Shown: positions 1 to 9,730, numbered from the stretch's first letter. The stretch is 64,000 bases of DNA from Vicinamibacterales bacterium (GCA_036732565.1 DAINCF010000001.1:1787-65786), one strand, 5' to 3'. The notes: generated by a model from the letters alone, not told the origin. Translations and numbers: made by a program.

Positions 1-200
1 ATGGCGCGCAGGAACTTCGTCTTCGGCCCGCGCACGTTGACCACCGGGTGCAGGCCGATCGTCTTGGTGACGACGCCGGCCCAGCCCGCGTCGAACGCGC
101 GCATGATGTTGCTGTCCGATTCGGTCGGCGGCGCCGACGACAGCAGGAACGGGTTCTCGAAGTGAAGGCCGGTGAAGCTGACCGAGAGGTTCGCGCCCAT
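1..200 (-). CDS. preA: Dihydropyrimidine dehydrogenase PreA-like subunit (dihydroorotate-dehydrogenase fold), N-terminal fragment; the gene runs off the left edge
   Basis: Not in the ORF track. The reverse complement of 1-200 reads MGANLSVSFTGLHFENPFLLSSAPPTESDSNIMRAFDAGWAGVVTKTIGLHPVVNVRGPKTKFLRA. This matches the conserved PreA/DHOD-like N-terminus, and the gene is adjacent to dihydropyrimidinase. The start is uncertain: in-frame ATGs also occur at 212 and 221. Confidence 0.7.
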   Translation of the reverse strand, partial: MGANLSVSFTGLHFENPFLLSSAPPTESDSNIMRAFDAGWAGVVTKTIGLHPVVNVRGPKTKFLRA

Positions 201-219
201 AGGCGGTAGCATAGTGGCC

Positions 220-1593
220 ATGAGCGTCCTCATCAAGAACGGTACGATCGTGACCGCCGCGGATCAGTACGTCGGCGACGTGCTGGTCGAGGGTGAGCGG
301 ATCTCCACGATCGGGACGTCTTTGGCGGTGCCCGCCGATCGCACGATCGACGCCACGGCGAAGCTCGTGCTGCCCGGCGGCATCGACGTGCACACCCACC
401 TCGACATGCCGTTCGGCGGCACCACGTCAGCCGACGATTTCGAGTCCGGCACCATCGCCGCGGCCTTCGGCGGAACGACGTCAATCGTGGACTTCGCGAT
501 TCAGTACCGCGGCCAGACCCTGCACCACGCCTGGGAGACGTGGATGCGCAAAGCCGAGGGCAAGGCCGCCATCGACTACGGCTTCCACATGATCATCACG
601 GAGCTGAACGATCAGGTGGAAGGGGAGATGGACGCGCTCGTCACGCAGGGAGTCACCTCGTTCAAGCTGTTCATGGCCTATCCCGGCGTATTCATGCTGG
701 ACGACGCGTCGATCTTCAAGGCGCTGCTCCGGACCGGTAAGAACGGCGGGACCATCTGCATGCACGCCGAGAACGGCGGCGTCATCGACGTGCTGGTGAA
801 GAAGGCGCTCAGCGAGGGCAAGACCGCGCCGAAGTATCACGCGTTGACGCGTCCCGCCCGCGCCGAAGCCGAGGCGACGCATCGTGCGATTGCGCTGGCC
901 GAGATCGCCGACGTCCCGATCTACATCGTGCATCTGTCGGCGGCCGAGGCGCTCGAGATGGTCACCGAAGCGCGCGACCGCGGGCTGCCGGCGTACGCGG
1001 AGACCTGTCCTCAGTATCTGTTCCTGTCGTACGACAACTACGAGGAGCCGGGTTTCGAGGGCGCGAAGTACGTGATGAGCCCGCCGCTGCGATCCAAGGA
1101 CACGCAGGATCGGCTCTGGCGCGGACTGGCGTTCAACGATCTGCAAGCCATATCGACCGATCACTGTCCCTTCTGCATGAAGGAGCAGAAGACCATCGGG
1201 CACGACGACTTCTCGAAGATCCCGAACGGCGCGCCGGGCATCGAGACCCGCATGAGCCTGGTCTACGATGGCGGCGTGCGCACGGGGCGCATCTCGCTGA
1301 ATCGATTCGTGGAGCTCACCTCGACGTCGCCGGCGAAGATCTTCGGGCTCTTTCCGCGCAAGGGCACGATCGCGCCGGGCTCCGACGCGGACATCGTCAT
1401 CTTCGATCCCGCTCGCAAGACGACGTTGTCGGCCAGCACGCACCATATGAAGGTGGATTACAACCCCTACGAAGGCCGTGAGGTCACCGGCGTCGCCGAG
1501 ACCGTGCTGTCGCGAGGCCGCATCATCATCGAGAACGGCACGTTCGTCGGCCGCGCCGGCGCGGGCGCGTTTCTGAAGCGCAGGCCGCGGTGA
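220..1593 (+). CDS. Dihydropyrimidinase / D-hydantoinase (cyclic amidohydrolase)
   Basis: ORF 172-1593. The family-typical N-terminus MSVLIKNGTIVTA starts at ATG 220. The metal-binding DVHTHLDMPFGG motif is present and the length (~457 aa) fits. Confidence 0.9.
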   Translation: MSVLIKNGTIVTAADQYVGDVLVEGERISTIGTSLAVPADRTIDATAKLVLPGGIDVHTHLDMPFGGTTSADDFESGTIAAAFGGTTSIVDFAIQYRGQTLHHAWETWMRKAEGKAAIDYGFHMIITELNDQVEGEMDALVTQGVTSFKLFMAYPGVFMLDDASIFKALLRTGKNGGTICMHAENGGVIDVLVKKALSEGKTAPKYHALTRPARAEAEATHRAIALAEIADVPIYIVHLSAAEALEMVTEARDRGLPAYAETCPQYLFLSYDNYEEPGFEGAKYVMSPPLRSKDTQDRLWRGLAFNDLQAISTDHCPFCMKEQKTIGHDDFSKIPNGAPGIETRMSLVYDGGVRTGRISLNRFVELTSTSPAKIFGLFPRKGTIAPGSDADIVIFDPARKTTLSASTHHMKVDYNPYEGREVTGVAETVLSRGRIIIENGTFVGRAGAGAFLKRRPR

Positions 1594-3182
1594 CGTCCCT
1601 CTATCTGGGCCTCGACGCCAGCACGCAGGGCCTGACCGCGCTCGTCCTCGAGGTCACCGGCGAACATCGCCGCATCGTCTTCGAGTCATCGCTCAACTTC
1701 GACGAGGCCCTGCCGCAGTACGGGACGGACCACGGTGTGCTGCGCGGCGCCGATCCAGCAGTCGCGGTGTCCTCGCCCGTGATGTGGGCCGAGGCGCTCG
1801 ACGTGATGATGCGGCGCGTGGCCGAAAGCGGCATCGATCTTCGGGCACTCGCCGCGATCGCCGGGTCGGCGCAGCAACACGGCAGCGTCTATCTCAACGC
1901 CGACGCCACGAGCCGGCTGGCCGCGCTCGATCCCGAGCAACCGCTGGCGCCGCAGGTGACCCCGATGTTGTCGCGCGGGGTGTCGCCGATCTGGATGGAC
2001 TCGAGTACGGCACACGAGTGCGCCGAGATCACGGCGGCGGTGGGCGGGGAACAATGGCTCGCCGACCGCACCGGGTCGCGTGCGTTCGAGCGGTTCACCG
2101 GGCCGCAGATCAGGAAGTTCTTCAAACAGGAGCCGGCTGCTTACGACGCCACCGATCGCGTGCACTTGGTCAGCTCGTTCCTGGCCACGCTGCTCACCGG
2201 CGGTCACGCACCACTCGATCCAGGCGACGGCTCGGGTATGAATCTGATGGAGCTGGCATCGGCGTGCTGGTGGCCGCCTGCGCTCGAGGCGACGGCCCCA
2301 GCCCTCGAGCAACGGTTGCCTGCGATCGTCGCGTCGTCGAACATCATCGGCACCCTCGCGCCGTACTGGCAGCAGCGGTCCGGTCTTCCAGCGACGAAGG
2401 TCGTCGCCTGGTCCGGCGACAACCCCTGCAGCCTCATTGGCTCTGGCCTCGTCCGCGAGGGGCGTGTCGCGATCTCGCTGGGCACGAGCGACACGATCTT
2501 CGGTCTCATGAAGACGCCGCGTGTCAGCCGCACCGGCACGGGCCACGTGTTCGGCGCGCCGACCGGCGAGTACATGGGCATCACGGTGTTCAAGAACGGC
2601 TCCCTCGCGCGCGAGCGCGTGCGCGATGCCTTCGGCCTGTCATGGGCCGAGTTCTCCAGGACGCTCGCGGCCACGCCGCCCGGCAACGGTGGGCGCATCC
2701 TGGTGCCGTGGTACGAGCCCGAGATCACGCCCTCCGTCCCGACGGCCGGCGTCCATCGCTACGGCCTCGCGGCTGACGATGGGCCTGGACATGTGCGTGG
2801 CATCATCGAAGCGCAGCAGATGGCGCTGGCCCTGCACTCACGCTGGATGGGCGTCCACGTCGACATGATTCACGCGACCGGCGGCGCCGCCGCCAATCGC
2901 GAGATCCTGCAAGTGATGGCCGACGTCTTCGGCGCGGAGGTCTATCAACTCGAGGTCGGGAACTCCGCATGCCTGGGCGCCGCGCTCCGTGCATATCACG
3001 CCGATGCGCTCGCCGAGGGACGTCCTCTCGCGTGGGAGGACGTCGTCACCGGGCTCGCCGAGCCGGTTGCCTCGAGCCGCCTCACCCCCGATCGCGATCG
3101 CTATGCGATCTATCGCGAGCTCATGACGAGGTACGCCGCCTGCGAGGCCCACGCGCGCGGCCTCGGCCCCGCTCCGGCCTAA
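1590..3182 (+). CDS. FGGY-family carbohydrate kinase (xylulokinase-like)
   Basis: 530-aa ORF. N-terminal LYLGLDASTQGL (FGGY phosphate-1 motif) and C-terminal HATGGAAANREILQVMADVFG. The start overlaps the upstream stop (GTGA). Confidence 0.85.
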   Translation: MTSLYLGLDASTQGLTALVLEVTGEHRRIVFESSLNFDEALPQYGTDHGVLRGADPAVAVSSPVMWAEALDVMMRRVAESGIDLRALAAIAGSAQQHGSVYLNADATSRLAALDPEQPLAPQVTPMLSRGVSPIWMDSSTAHECAEITAAVGGEQWLADRTGSRAFERFTGPQIRKFFKQEPAAYDATDRVHLVSSFLATLLTGGHAPLDPGDGSGMNLMELASACWWPPALEATAPALEQRLPAIVASSNIIGTLAPYWQQRSGLPATKVVAWSGDNPCSLIGSGLVREGRVAISLGTSDTIFGLMKTPRVSRTGTGHVFGAPTGEYMGITVFKNGSLARERVRDAFGLSWAEFSRTLAATPPGNGGRILVPWYEPEITPSVPTAGVHRYGLAADDGPGHVRGIIEAQQMALALHSRWMGVHVDMIHATGGAAANREILQVMADVFGAEVYQLEVGNSACLGAALRAYHADALAEGRPLAWEDVVTGLAEPVASSRLTPDRDRYAIYRELMTRYAACEAHARGLGPAPA

Positions 3183-3208
3183 GAGCCGGTTTCAAGGGAC
3201 CTGACGCA

Positions 3209-3236
3209 CGTACGTAGCGCAGGCCTTCAGGCCTGC
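3209..3236. repeat. REP-like hairpin element, single copy (CGTACGTAGCGCAGGCCTTCAGGCCTGC)
   Basis: Lies between convergent gene ends (3182 and 3242). Stem GCAGGCC / GGCCTGC. The same 28-mer family recurs at 9984, 10023, 15937 and 16000. Confidence 0.8.
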
Positions 3237-3241
3237 CATGG

Positions 3242-4132
3242 CTAGACCGTCCAGAACGGATCGCTCGCGGGGACGAAGTCGATCGGAACTTCGCTGACGA
3301 ACGACTTCAGCCACTCGGCGCACAGCTTCATGCCGGCCTGCTCCGACACCACGTGGCCGATGACGATCAGACCCTTCTTCTTTCCGGACGCGATCTGATC
3401 CTGCACGTACTCGACCAGCTCCCACTCGCGGGTCTCTCCGACGATGAGGACGTCGACGTCCGGACGGGCGATGTGGGGAGGCCCCGACACCTGACTGAAG
3501 TAGCCCCACCTGGCGATCGCGCGCGTCACGATCAGCTGCGGATCGCCCAGAATGCGCATCGTCCGCGGCTTCAAGCGGGAGTCGATGTCTTTCGCCAACT
3601 CCGCGAGCGGTCGTTTCGGGAAGACGAACTCCCGCTCGCTGTCGGCCGTCTTGAACCTCTCCCACCCGAGCTCCCGGGCCATTCCCACCGCGATGCCGTC
3701 GGGCTTTCGGCGATGCCAATGGTCATGAAAATGGAACACGGCCATCTGGTGCTGACGAATGAAGTCTGCCTTGTACCGATAGGTCTCATCGTCACGCAGA
3801 TCGTCGATGCGATCTTGATGCGAATAGAAGGTTGGCTCGTGGGTGATGACCAGGTTGAGCCCGGCGCCGGCGGCCTTTTGCAAGACCTCGAGCGTGGCCA
3901 TCATCGTCGTGGCAATGCCGCGAACCGGCGTGTCCGGCGCGCCCGCGATCATGTTGTCGACCGTCTCAGCGTTCCACGGAACCCCGACGCGGTCCTTGAT
4001 CCGCTGCACCACATCTCCCGCGCTCAAGGCGGCCGCCGCGCCTTGACTCGCCCGCGCGGGACCCGGCTGCGCGACGATTGGCACGGCGCTGCCGCTTGCG
4101 GCGACGAGGAACGATCGGCGCGTCATCTCCAT
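3242..4132 (-). CDS. NIF3-family dinuclear-metal-centre protein with a Tat-type signal peptide
   Basis: ORF 3242-4216. The likely start is MEMTRRSFLVAASG (twin-arginine motif) at 4132, 5 nt after the symporter stop. NIF3 motifs LNLVITHEPTFY and HFHDHWH are present. Confidence 0.75.
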   Translation of the reverse strand: MEMTRRSFLVAASGSAVPIVAQPGPARASQGAAAALSAGDVVQRIKDRVGVPWNAETVDNMIAGAPDTPVRGIATTMMATLEVLQKAAGAGLNLVITHEPTFYSHQDRIDDLRDDETYRYKADFIRQHQMAVFHFHDHWHRRKPDGIAVGMARELGWERFKTADSEREFVFPKRPLAELAKDIDSRLKPRTMRILGDPQLIVTRAIARWGYFSQVSGPPHIARPDVDVLIVGETREWELVEYVQDQIASGKKKGLIVIGHVVSEQAGMKLCAEWLKSFVSEVPIDFVPASDPFWTV

Positions 4133-4137
4133 CGGCG

Positions 4138-5961
4138 TTATCCCGTGAAGTACAGATATCCAGCCGCGATCACCGCCAGCACGAAACCCGAGGTTGCAAC
4201 ATCGCGCCAGTCCCAACTCCGAGCACTCTCTGCACGATGTTCGGCAGTGCTCGTGCCGAAACTCAGGTTCGTGATCTTCGCGTAGTCTGGCTCCGGGGTC
4301 ATGTAGCTGACTGCGATCATGACGATCGCCGAGATGATCGTGATGAGGATGCTGAAGTACTGGAAGTTGATGTTGTTCACGATCCAGAGGAAAGAGCCCT
4401 CAGGATAGCCGCTCTTGTAGGCATCGAGCCCGAGGGTCACGGGCGTATCGACGAGCATGCGGAACACCCCGACGATGAATCCGATGACCATCGCCCAGAA
4501 GCATCCCTGCGCGTTCAACCGTTTCCAGAACACGCCAAAGAAGAACACGACGAAGATGGGAGGGGCCAGGTACCCTTGCACGGCCTGCAAGTAGTTGTAC
4601 AGACCGGGCGCGCCTCGCACGACGGGAATCCACGCCATAGCGATGACCACCATGACGATGGTGGCGATGCGCCCCATACGGACGATCTCGTACTGGGTCG
4701 CCCTGGGTCGCCACTTTTGATAGATGTCCACTGTGAAGAGCGTCGAGCACGCGTTGAACACGCCTGCCAGCGACCCCATCAGCGCGGAGAGCAGGCCCGC
4801 CACGACAATGCCACGAAGACCTGGGGGCAGGAGATGCTGCACCAACAACGGAAACGCGGCCTGGGCGCTGGGCGTGGCCGTGCCGGTCACCGGGTCGTAG
4901 ACCTCCGCCAATCCGGGGATCTTTCCGCTCTTCGCCAAGGCGAAACAGATCAAGCCCGGAATGATGAACAGGTAGACCGGGAAGAGCTTCAAGACGGCGG
5001 CGAAGATGCTGCCGCGACGGGCCACCTGCTCGTTCGGCGCGCCGAGCGCGCGCTGGACGATGTACTGGTCGGTGCACCAGTACCAGAGGCCGATCACTGG
5101 CGCACAAATCGCCATGCCGAGCCACGGGAAGTCCTGATTGAAGTACCACGCCTGACGAATCGTTTGTCCCGCGGCGTTCTTCTCCCAGACCGGCGCCCAG
5201 GTCCCTTCAACGCCGTGCGGAATGAGCGGCTTCCAGAGGTTGAACATCTCCGGACCGCAGATCCGCTTCAACTCGCTCCAGCCGCCCAGCGTGGCGAGAC
5301 CGTATGCCGTCAGCAATGCCGAGCCGGCAATCAAGACGACGACCTGCACGGCATCGTTGTAGGCCACGGCGCGCATGCCGCCGAGCGCCGTGTACAAGCC
5401 CGTCAATGCGATCACGAGCACCGAGCCGATCCAGAAGCTGTCGAGATGCACGGGCCCGAGGTCGAGTGCGATCTCCGGCAGCAGCGTGGCGAACACGACG
5501 CCGCCCGCGAAGATGCCCACCGCGATCTTCGAGACGATGAACGTGACGATCGACACGATGGAGAGGACGTATCGAGAAGCGGTGGAGAAGCGGCGCTCGA
5601 GGAACTCGGGCATCGTGAACACGAGCGAGCGCGCGTAGAACGGCACGAAGACCCACGCGAGCACCAGGAGGCACCACGCGTGGAATTCGTAATGCGCGAG
5701 CGCGACGCCGTCCTTCGCTCCCGAGCCCGCCAACCCGACGATGTGCTCGGAGCCGATGTTCGAGGCGAAGATCGAGGCGCCGATGATCCACCAGCTGAGA
5801 TTGCGCCCGGCCAGGAAGTAATCGGCCGCCTCGTTCTTGCTCCGTCTCACCACCCGCCAGGCGACGATCAGCAGGATTGCGAAGTAGATTGCGATCACCA
5901 ACCAATCCACGCCGGTGAGCGTGGAGGTTGGCAGCTGGCTGGCACCTTGAGACATCGTCAT
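4138..5961 (-). CDS. Sodium:solute symporter (SSF/SGLT family)
   Basis: 607-aa polytopic ORF. Contains the family motif YFLAGRNLSWWIIGASIFASNIGSEHIVGLAG. ATGA overlap with the upstream GH3 stop. Confidence 0.9.
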   Translation of the reverse strand: MTMSQGASQLPTSTLTGVDWLVIAIYFAILLIVAWRVVRRSKNEAADYFLAGRNLSWWIIGASIFASNIGSEHIVGLAGSGAKDGVALAHYEFHAWCLLVLAWVFVPFYARSLVFTMPEFLERRFSTASRYVLSIVSIVTFIVSKIAVGIFAGGVVFATLLPEIALDLGPVHLDSFWIGSVLVIALTGLYTALGGMRAVAYNDAVQVVVLIAGSALLTAYGLATLGGWSELKRICGPEMFNLWKPLIPHGVEGTWAPVWEKNAAGQTIRQAWYFNQDFPWLGMAICAPVIGLWYWCTDQYIVQRALGAPNEQVARRGSIFAAVLKLFPVYLFIIPGLICFALAKSGKIPGLAEVYDPVTGTATPSAQAAFPLLVQHLLPPGLRGIVVAGLLSALMGSLAGVFNACSTLFTVDIYQKWRPRATQYEIVRMGRIATIVMVVIAMAWIPVVRGAPGLYNYLQAVQGYLAPPIFVVFFFGVFWKRLNAQGCFWAMVIGFIVGVFRMLVDTPVTLGLDAYKSGYPEGSFLWIVNNINFQYFSILITIISAIVMIAVSYMTPEPDYAKITNLSFGTSTAEHRAESARSWDWRDVATSGFVLAVIAAGYLYFTG

Positions 5962-8333
5962 CGCGCGATTACCTCGAAGCTCGTCTTCATCGTCGCCGTC
6001 GAGCTCGTGCCCACCAGCACCTCGAAGCGGCCTGGCTCCACGACGCGCTGCATCTGCCGATCGACGAGCGAGAGCGCGTCAGGGCCGAGCGTGAACGTCA
6101 CCGTCTTGCGCTCGCCCGGGCCGAGCGTGACCCGCTCGAACCCGCGCAGTTCCTTTTCTGGCCGCGTGACAGAGCTGACGACATCGTGCAGGTAGAGCTG
6201 CACCACCTCGTCGCCCGCGCGTGTGCCCGTGTTGCTGGCGTCCACGCTCACGGTGACCTTTCCTGCAGGGCCGATTGTGGTTGGAGTGACCGTGATGTCG
6301 GAGAGAGAGAACGTGGTGTAGCTCAGGCCGTGTCCGAACGGCCACAGCGGCTCGCGCGTGAGATCGAGGTGCGCGCGGAACGATGTCGGGCGGCGGTTGT
6401 AGTAGACGGGAAGCTGGCCGGTGTGGCGCGGGAATGTGACGGGCAGCTTGCCGCCGGGGTTGACGTCGCCGAAGAGAATCTCGCCCACTGCGGTGCCGCC
6501 TTCCTGGCCGACGTACCACGCTTCGAGCACTGCGGACGCGCGCTCGGCCACGCGCGGGATCGCGAGCGGTCGACCGTTGATGAGCACCACGGTCACCGGC
6601 TTGCCGGTTTGAATCAAGGCTTCGACGAGTTCCTCCTGCTGGCTCATCAGCTCGAGATCGGCGACGTCGCCGAGATGCTGATCCGACCAGGCTTCGCGTG
6701 AGGTCGATTCGTTCGTGCCGATCACGGCCACGATGGCGTCGGCTTGACGTGCCACGTTCACCCCCTCTTTGATGCGCTCGCGATTCTTGATCGGATCGCC
6801 CAGCACGACCACATCCTGATCCCAATTCGCGGCCTGCTCGGTGATGCGAACACCTTCGGCGTGGAGCACTTTCACGCTCGGACCGGCCTTCGCGGTGATG
6901 CCGGTGAGCACGTCGACACCGCGGCCGGGATCGCGAGAGTAGCCGCCAAGGTGCACGCCCTGGGCGTTGGGTCCGATCACGGCGAGCGTCTTCACCTTCG
7001 CGCGATCCAGCGGCAAAGTGTTGCGCTTGTTCTCGAGGAGCACGATCGATTTGCGCGCGGCCTCGAGCGCGAGCGCCTGATGCTCGGGCGTGTTGGTGAC
7101 ACGCTCCGCCTCGTCCGCGTCGACGTACGGATCCTCGAACAGGCCAGCGAGGACCTTCGCACGGAGCACACGGCCGACCGCCTCATCGACGGTGGACTCG
7201 GCCACGCGCCCATCCTTCACCATCGCCACGAGCTCAGGGAAGCCATCTGGATCCGGCAGCTCGAGGTCGACCCCGGCTTCCAACGCCTGGCGTGCGGCGT
7301 CGGCCTTGTCCTTCGCGACATGATGCCGCGTGACGAGCTGCTCGATGCCGAAGTAGTCGGACGCGATCAGTCCCTGAAACCCCCATTCGCGGCGCAGCAG
7401 ATCGGTGAGCAGCCAACGGCTGACGTGCGACGGCACGCCGTCGACTTCGTTGTAACTCGGCATGACCGAGAAGGCGCCGGCTTCCTTGACGGCGACCTCG
7501 AATGGCACCAGCAGCTCGGCCCGCAACAGCCGCTCGGGGATGAGGCTCGGCGCGGTGTTGACGCCGCCTTCATGAGATCCGTGTCCGGCGAAGTGTTTGA
7601 GCGTGGCGAACACCTTATCCTTGGCCAGCGGCAGCGCGGCCTGCCCCGCCGAAGCGTCTGCGCGAAGGCGGGTACCTTGATAGCCGCGGACGGCGGCGAC
7701 GCCGAGCCGCGCGACCAAGTATGGATCCTCACCGTACGTCTCTTCGATGCGACCCCAGCGTGGGTCGCGGCCCAGGTCGACGACGGGGGAGAGCACATGG
7801 TGGCTGCCACGGGCGCGCGTCTCGCGTGCCGCCGCGCTCATGAGACGTTCGATGAGGGCAGGATCCCAGGTACTTCCCAGCGCGATCGGCACGGGGAAGT
7901 GCGTGCCCTGGCGTGCCGCGAGGCCATGCAGCGCTTCCTCATGGGCGAACACCGGAATGCCGAGGCGCGTCTGCTCGCGGACCCACTTCTGGACGGCGTT
8001 CATGAACTCGGCTTGCTCGCGGGGTGACCGCAGGCGCGGCCCGGTGGGCGTGCCGCCGATCTCGCTCGGACGCGAGATCTGCCCGAGGCCCTGGCCGAGC
8101 ACGTCCTTGGCGCCGGCCGGAGTGAATCGGCCGTCGGCGTCCTGGATCTTGGCCTTGCGCGCCCAGATGCCTTGCAACTGGGTCACCTTCTCTTCGAGCG
8201 TCATGCGCGCGAGGAGGTCGGCAACGCGCTCGTCGACCGGACGGGCCGCATCGCGATACCCTTGGGTGTGGACGAGCGCGACGAGGACCAGCCAGGAGGC
8301 GGTCGTCGTCCAGACGCGGCCGGGGCTGACCAT
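5958..8333 (-). CDS. Glycoside hydrolase family 3 beta-glucosidase (periplasmic)
   Basis: 791 aa. GH3 motifs GRDPRWGRIEETYGEDPYL, KHFAGHG and GLIASDY (nucleophile region), with a signal-like N-terminus. GGAGG SD before ATG 8333. Confidence 0.9.
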   Translation of the reverse strand: MVSPGRVWTTTASWLVLVALVHTQGYRDAARPVDERVADLLARMTLEEKVTQLQGIWARKAKIQDADGRFTPAGAKDVLGQGLGQISRPSEIGGTPTGPRLRSPREQAEFMNAVQKWVREQTRLGIPVFAHEEALHGLAARQGTHFPVPIALGSTWDPALIERLMSAAARETRARGSHHVLSPVVDLGRDPRWGRIEETYGEDPYLVARLGVAAVRGYQGTRLRADASAGQAALPLAKDKVFATLKHFAGHGSHEGGVNTAPSLIPERLLRAELLVPFEVAVKEAGAFSVMPSYNEVDGVPSHVSRWLLTDLLRREWGFQGLIASDYFGIEQLVTRHHVAKDKADAARQALEAGVDLELPDPDGFPELVAMVKDGRVAESTVDEAVGRVLRAKVLAGLFEDPYVDADEAERVTNTPEHQALALEAARKSIVLLENKRNTLPLDRAKVKTLAVIGPNAQGVHLGGYSRDPGRGVDVLTGITAKAGPSVKVLHAEGVRITEQAANWDQDVVVLGDPIKNRERIKEGVNVARQADAIVAVIGTNESTSREAWSDQHLGDVADLELMSQQEELVEALIQTGKPVTVVLINGRPLAIPRVAERASAVLEAWYVGQEGGTAVGEILFGDVNPGGKLPVTFPRHTGQLPVYYNRRPTSFRAHLDLTREPLWPFGHGLSYTTFSLSDITVTPTTIGPAGKVTVSVDASNTGTRAGDEVVQLYLHDVVSSVTRPEKELRGFERVTLGPGERKTVTFTLGPDALSLVDRQMQRVVEPGRFEVLVGTSSTATMKTSFEVIAR

Positions 8334-8354
8334 GCGGAGCCTCCGATCAGATTT

Positions 8355-8371
8355 AGTTCATAACATGAACT
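8355..8371. promoter_or_regulatory. Palindromic operator candidate AGTTCAT-AAC-ATGAACT in the divergent GH3 / ROK intergenic region
   Basis: Perfect 7-bp inverted arms with a 3-nt spacer, 22 nt upstream of the GH3 start, in an AT-richer stretch. The ROK repressor is encoded divergently. Confidence 0.5.
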
Positions 8372-8495
8372 TTGGTGTCGCGTATGATATGCGCGTATTT
8401 ATCGATTCGTCTAGCGTCTCTGTGATGCCACGCGGCCTTGCCCGGGTCGGCTCGTGATCCTATAGTTCGAAGCCACAACAAACACCGGCACGACC

Positions 8496-9689
8496 ATGCG
8501 GAAGATCGACCTCACGAACTTCCAGGTTGCCACCAGCGAGACCGCCCGACAGATCAACCGGCGGATCGCGCTGAACTTCATCCGGCGCCATCAACCGATG
8601 TCGCGCGCCGACCTGGCACGTCGGTCGGGCCTGCAACGCAGCACGGTCTCCGCCATCATCGACCAGCTCATCGAAGAAGGTTGGGTCACCGAAGGGGCCA
8701 TCGGACACGTTCCGCGTGGCCGCCGGCCGCGCTTTCTCCATCTCAACGTCGAGCGGGCCGGCATCATCGCCGTGGAGCTCCGGCCCGAGACCACGACCGT
8801 CGGGCTCGCGGGCGTGGATGCCCGCTTCCTCGTGCAGACCGCGTGGCCGACCCCCGAGACGCCGACGGGGTTCGTCCGCGAAGTGACCCGTACGGTCACC
8901 GCCTTCAGGCGCGCGCATCCGGACATCGTCTGCGAAGGCATGGGCGTGAGCTTGCCGGGGCGCGTGGATCGATCGGGTCGCCTCATCTTCGCGCCAAACC
9001 TCGGGTGGAAGCCGGTGGATCTGCGCGATCAGCTCGAGGCCGCCGTCAAACTGCCGGTCGTCCTCGAGAACGCCGCGAACGCATGCGCCCTGGCGGAGCT
9101 CTGGTTCGGACGACATCCCGAGAGCATCCGCCACCTGATCGCCGTGACGGTGTCCGAGGGCATCGGCGTCGGGCTGCTGTTGAACGGACAGTTGGTGCAT
9201 GGCGGCAACTCGATGGCCGGTGAGTTCGGCCACGTCACGCTCGACGAGCAGGGACCGCCGTGTCCGTGCGGCAAGCGCGGGTGCTGGGAGCGGTACGCGT
9301 CGAACTCCGCCGCGATTCAGCATTACCTCGCGACGCGCGGGCGTTCGGCGAGCGCGAACGGGCCGGAGCTTCGCTTCAAGGATCTGCTGCGCCTGGCCGA
9401 CGAGGGCGACCGTGCGGCGACGACGTCGCTCGAGCGGATGGCCCAGTACCTTGGGATGGGGCTCGCCGGCCTCGTCACCGGTCTCTCGCCGGAGCTCATC
9501 GTGATCATCGGCGATGTCACGTCCGCCTGGGATCGTCTCGGCCCGCTCGTCATCGACGTGGTGAAGCGGCGGTCGCTGTCACAGGCGACGCCGCGGATCG
9601 TGCCAACCGATCCGGCGCTGCAACCTCGTCTGCGCGGCGCGGCCACGCTGGTCGTTCAGCAGCATTTCGGCGCGCCCGCCGTCGCGTAG
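8496..9689 (+). CDS. ROK-family transcriptional regulator (NagC/XylR type)
   Basis: N-terminal wHTH (INRRIALNFIRRHQPMSRADLARRSGLQRSTVSAIIDQL). ROK sugar-kinase-like body with the zinc motif GHVTLDEQGPPCPCGKRGCWE. Confidence 0.9.
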   Translation: MRKIDLTNFQVATSETARQINRRIALNFIRRHQPMSRADLARRSGLQRSTVSAIIDQLIEEGWVTEGAIGHVPRGRRPRFLHLNVERAGIIAVELRPETTTVGLAGVDARFLVQTAWPTPETPTGFVREVTRTVTAFRRAHPDIVCEGMGVSLPGRVDRSGRLIFAPNLGWKPVDLRDQLEAAVKLPVVLENAANACALAELWFGRHPESIRHLIAVTVSEGIGVGLLLNGQLVHGGNSMAGEFGHVTLDEQGPPCPCGKRGCWERYASNSAAIQHYLATRGRSASANGPELRFKDLLRLADEGDRAATTSLERMAQYLGMGLAGLVTGLSPELIVIIGDVTSAWDRLGPLVIDVVKRRSLSQATPRIVPTDPALQPRLRGAATLVVQQHFGAPAVA

Positions 9690-9702
9690 GGTTGGGGCAC
9701 TG

Positions 9703-9730
9703 GTAGGGGCGGTTCGCGAACCGCCCCTAC
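9703..9730. terminator. Perfect 28-bp palindrome GTAGGGGCGGTTCG/CGAACCGCCCCTAC, 14 nt after the ROK stop (hairpin terminator or REP-like element)
   Basis: Verified as a perfect palindrome by reverse-complementing. No U-tract follows, so intrinsic-terminator function is uncertain. Confidence 0.4.

Noticed and set aside
172-219. The 16-codon N-terminal extension of the dihydropyrimidinase ORF (start at 172).
   Set aside because: It would overlap the divergent preA start (200). It also precedes the family-typical N-terminus MSVLIKNG at 220. The extension sequence (MKLTERFAPIGGSIVA) is the antisense of the preA N-terminus.
4078-6195. Very long ORFs antisense to real genes. Examples are 4078-6195 (+, 705 aa), 10553-12091 (-, 512 aa), 59803-61170 (-, 455 aa) and 16293-17615 (+, 440 aa).
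   Set aside because: They are Arg/Ala/Pro/Gly-rich low-complexity translations, typical of stop-poor antisense frames in high-GC DNA. The opposite strand carries clear family motifs (SSF symporter, oxidoreductase, regulator, GH51).
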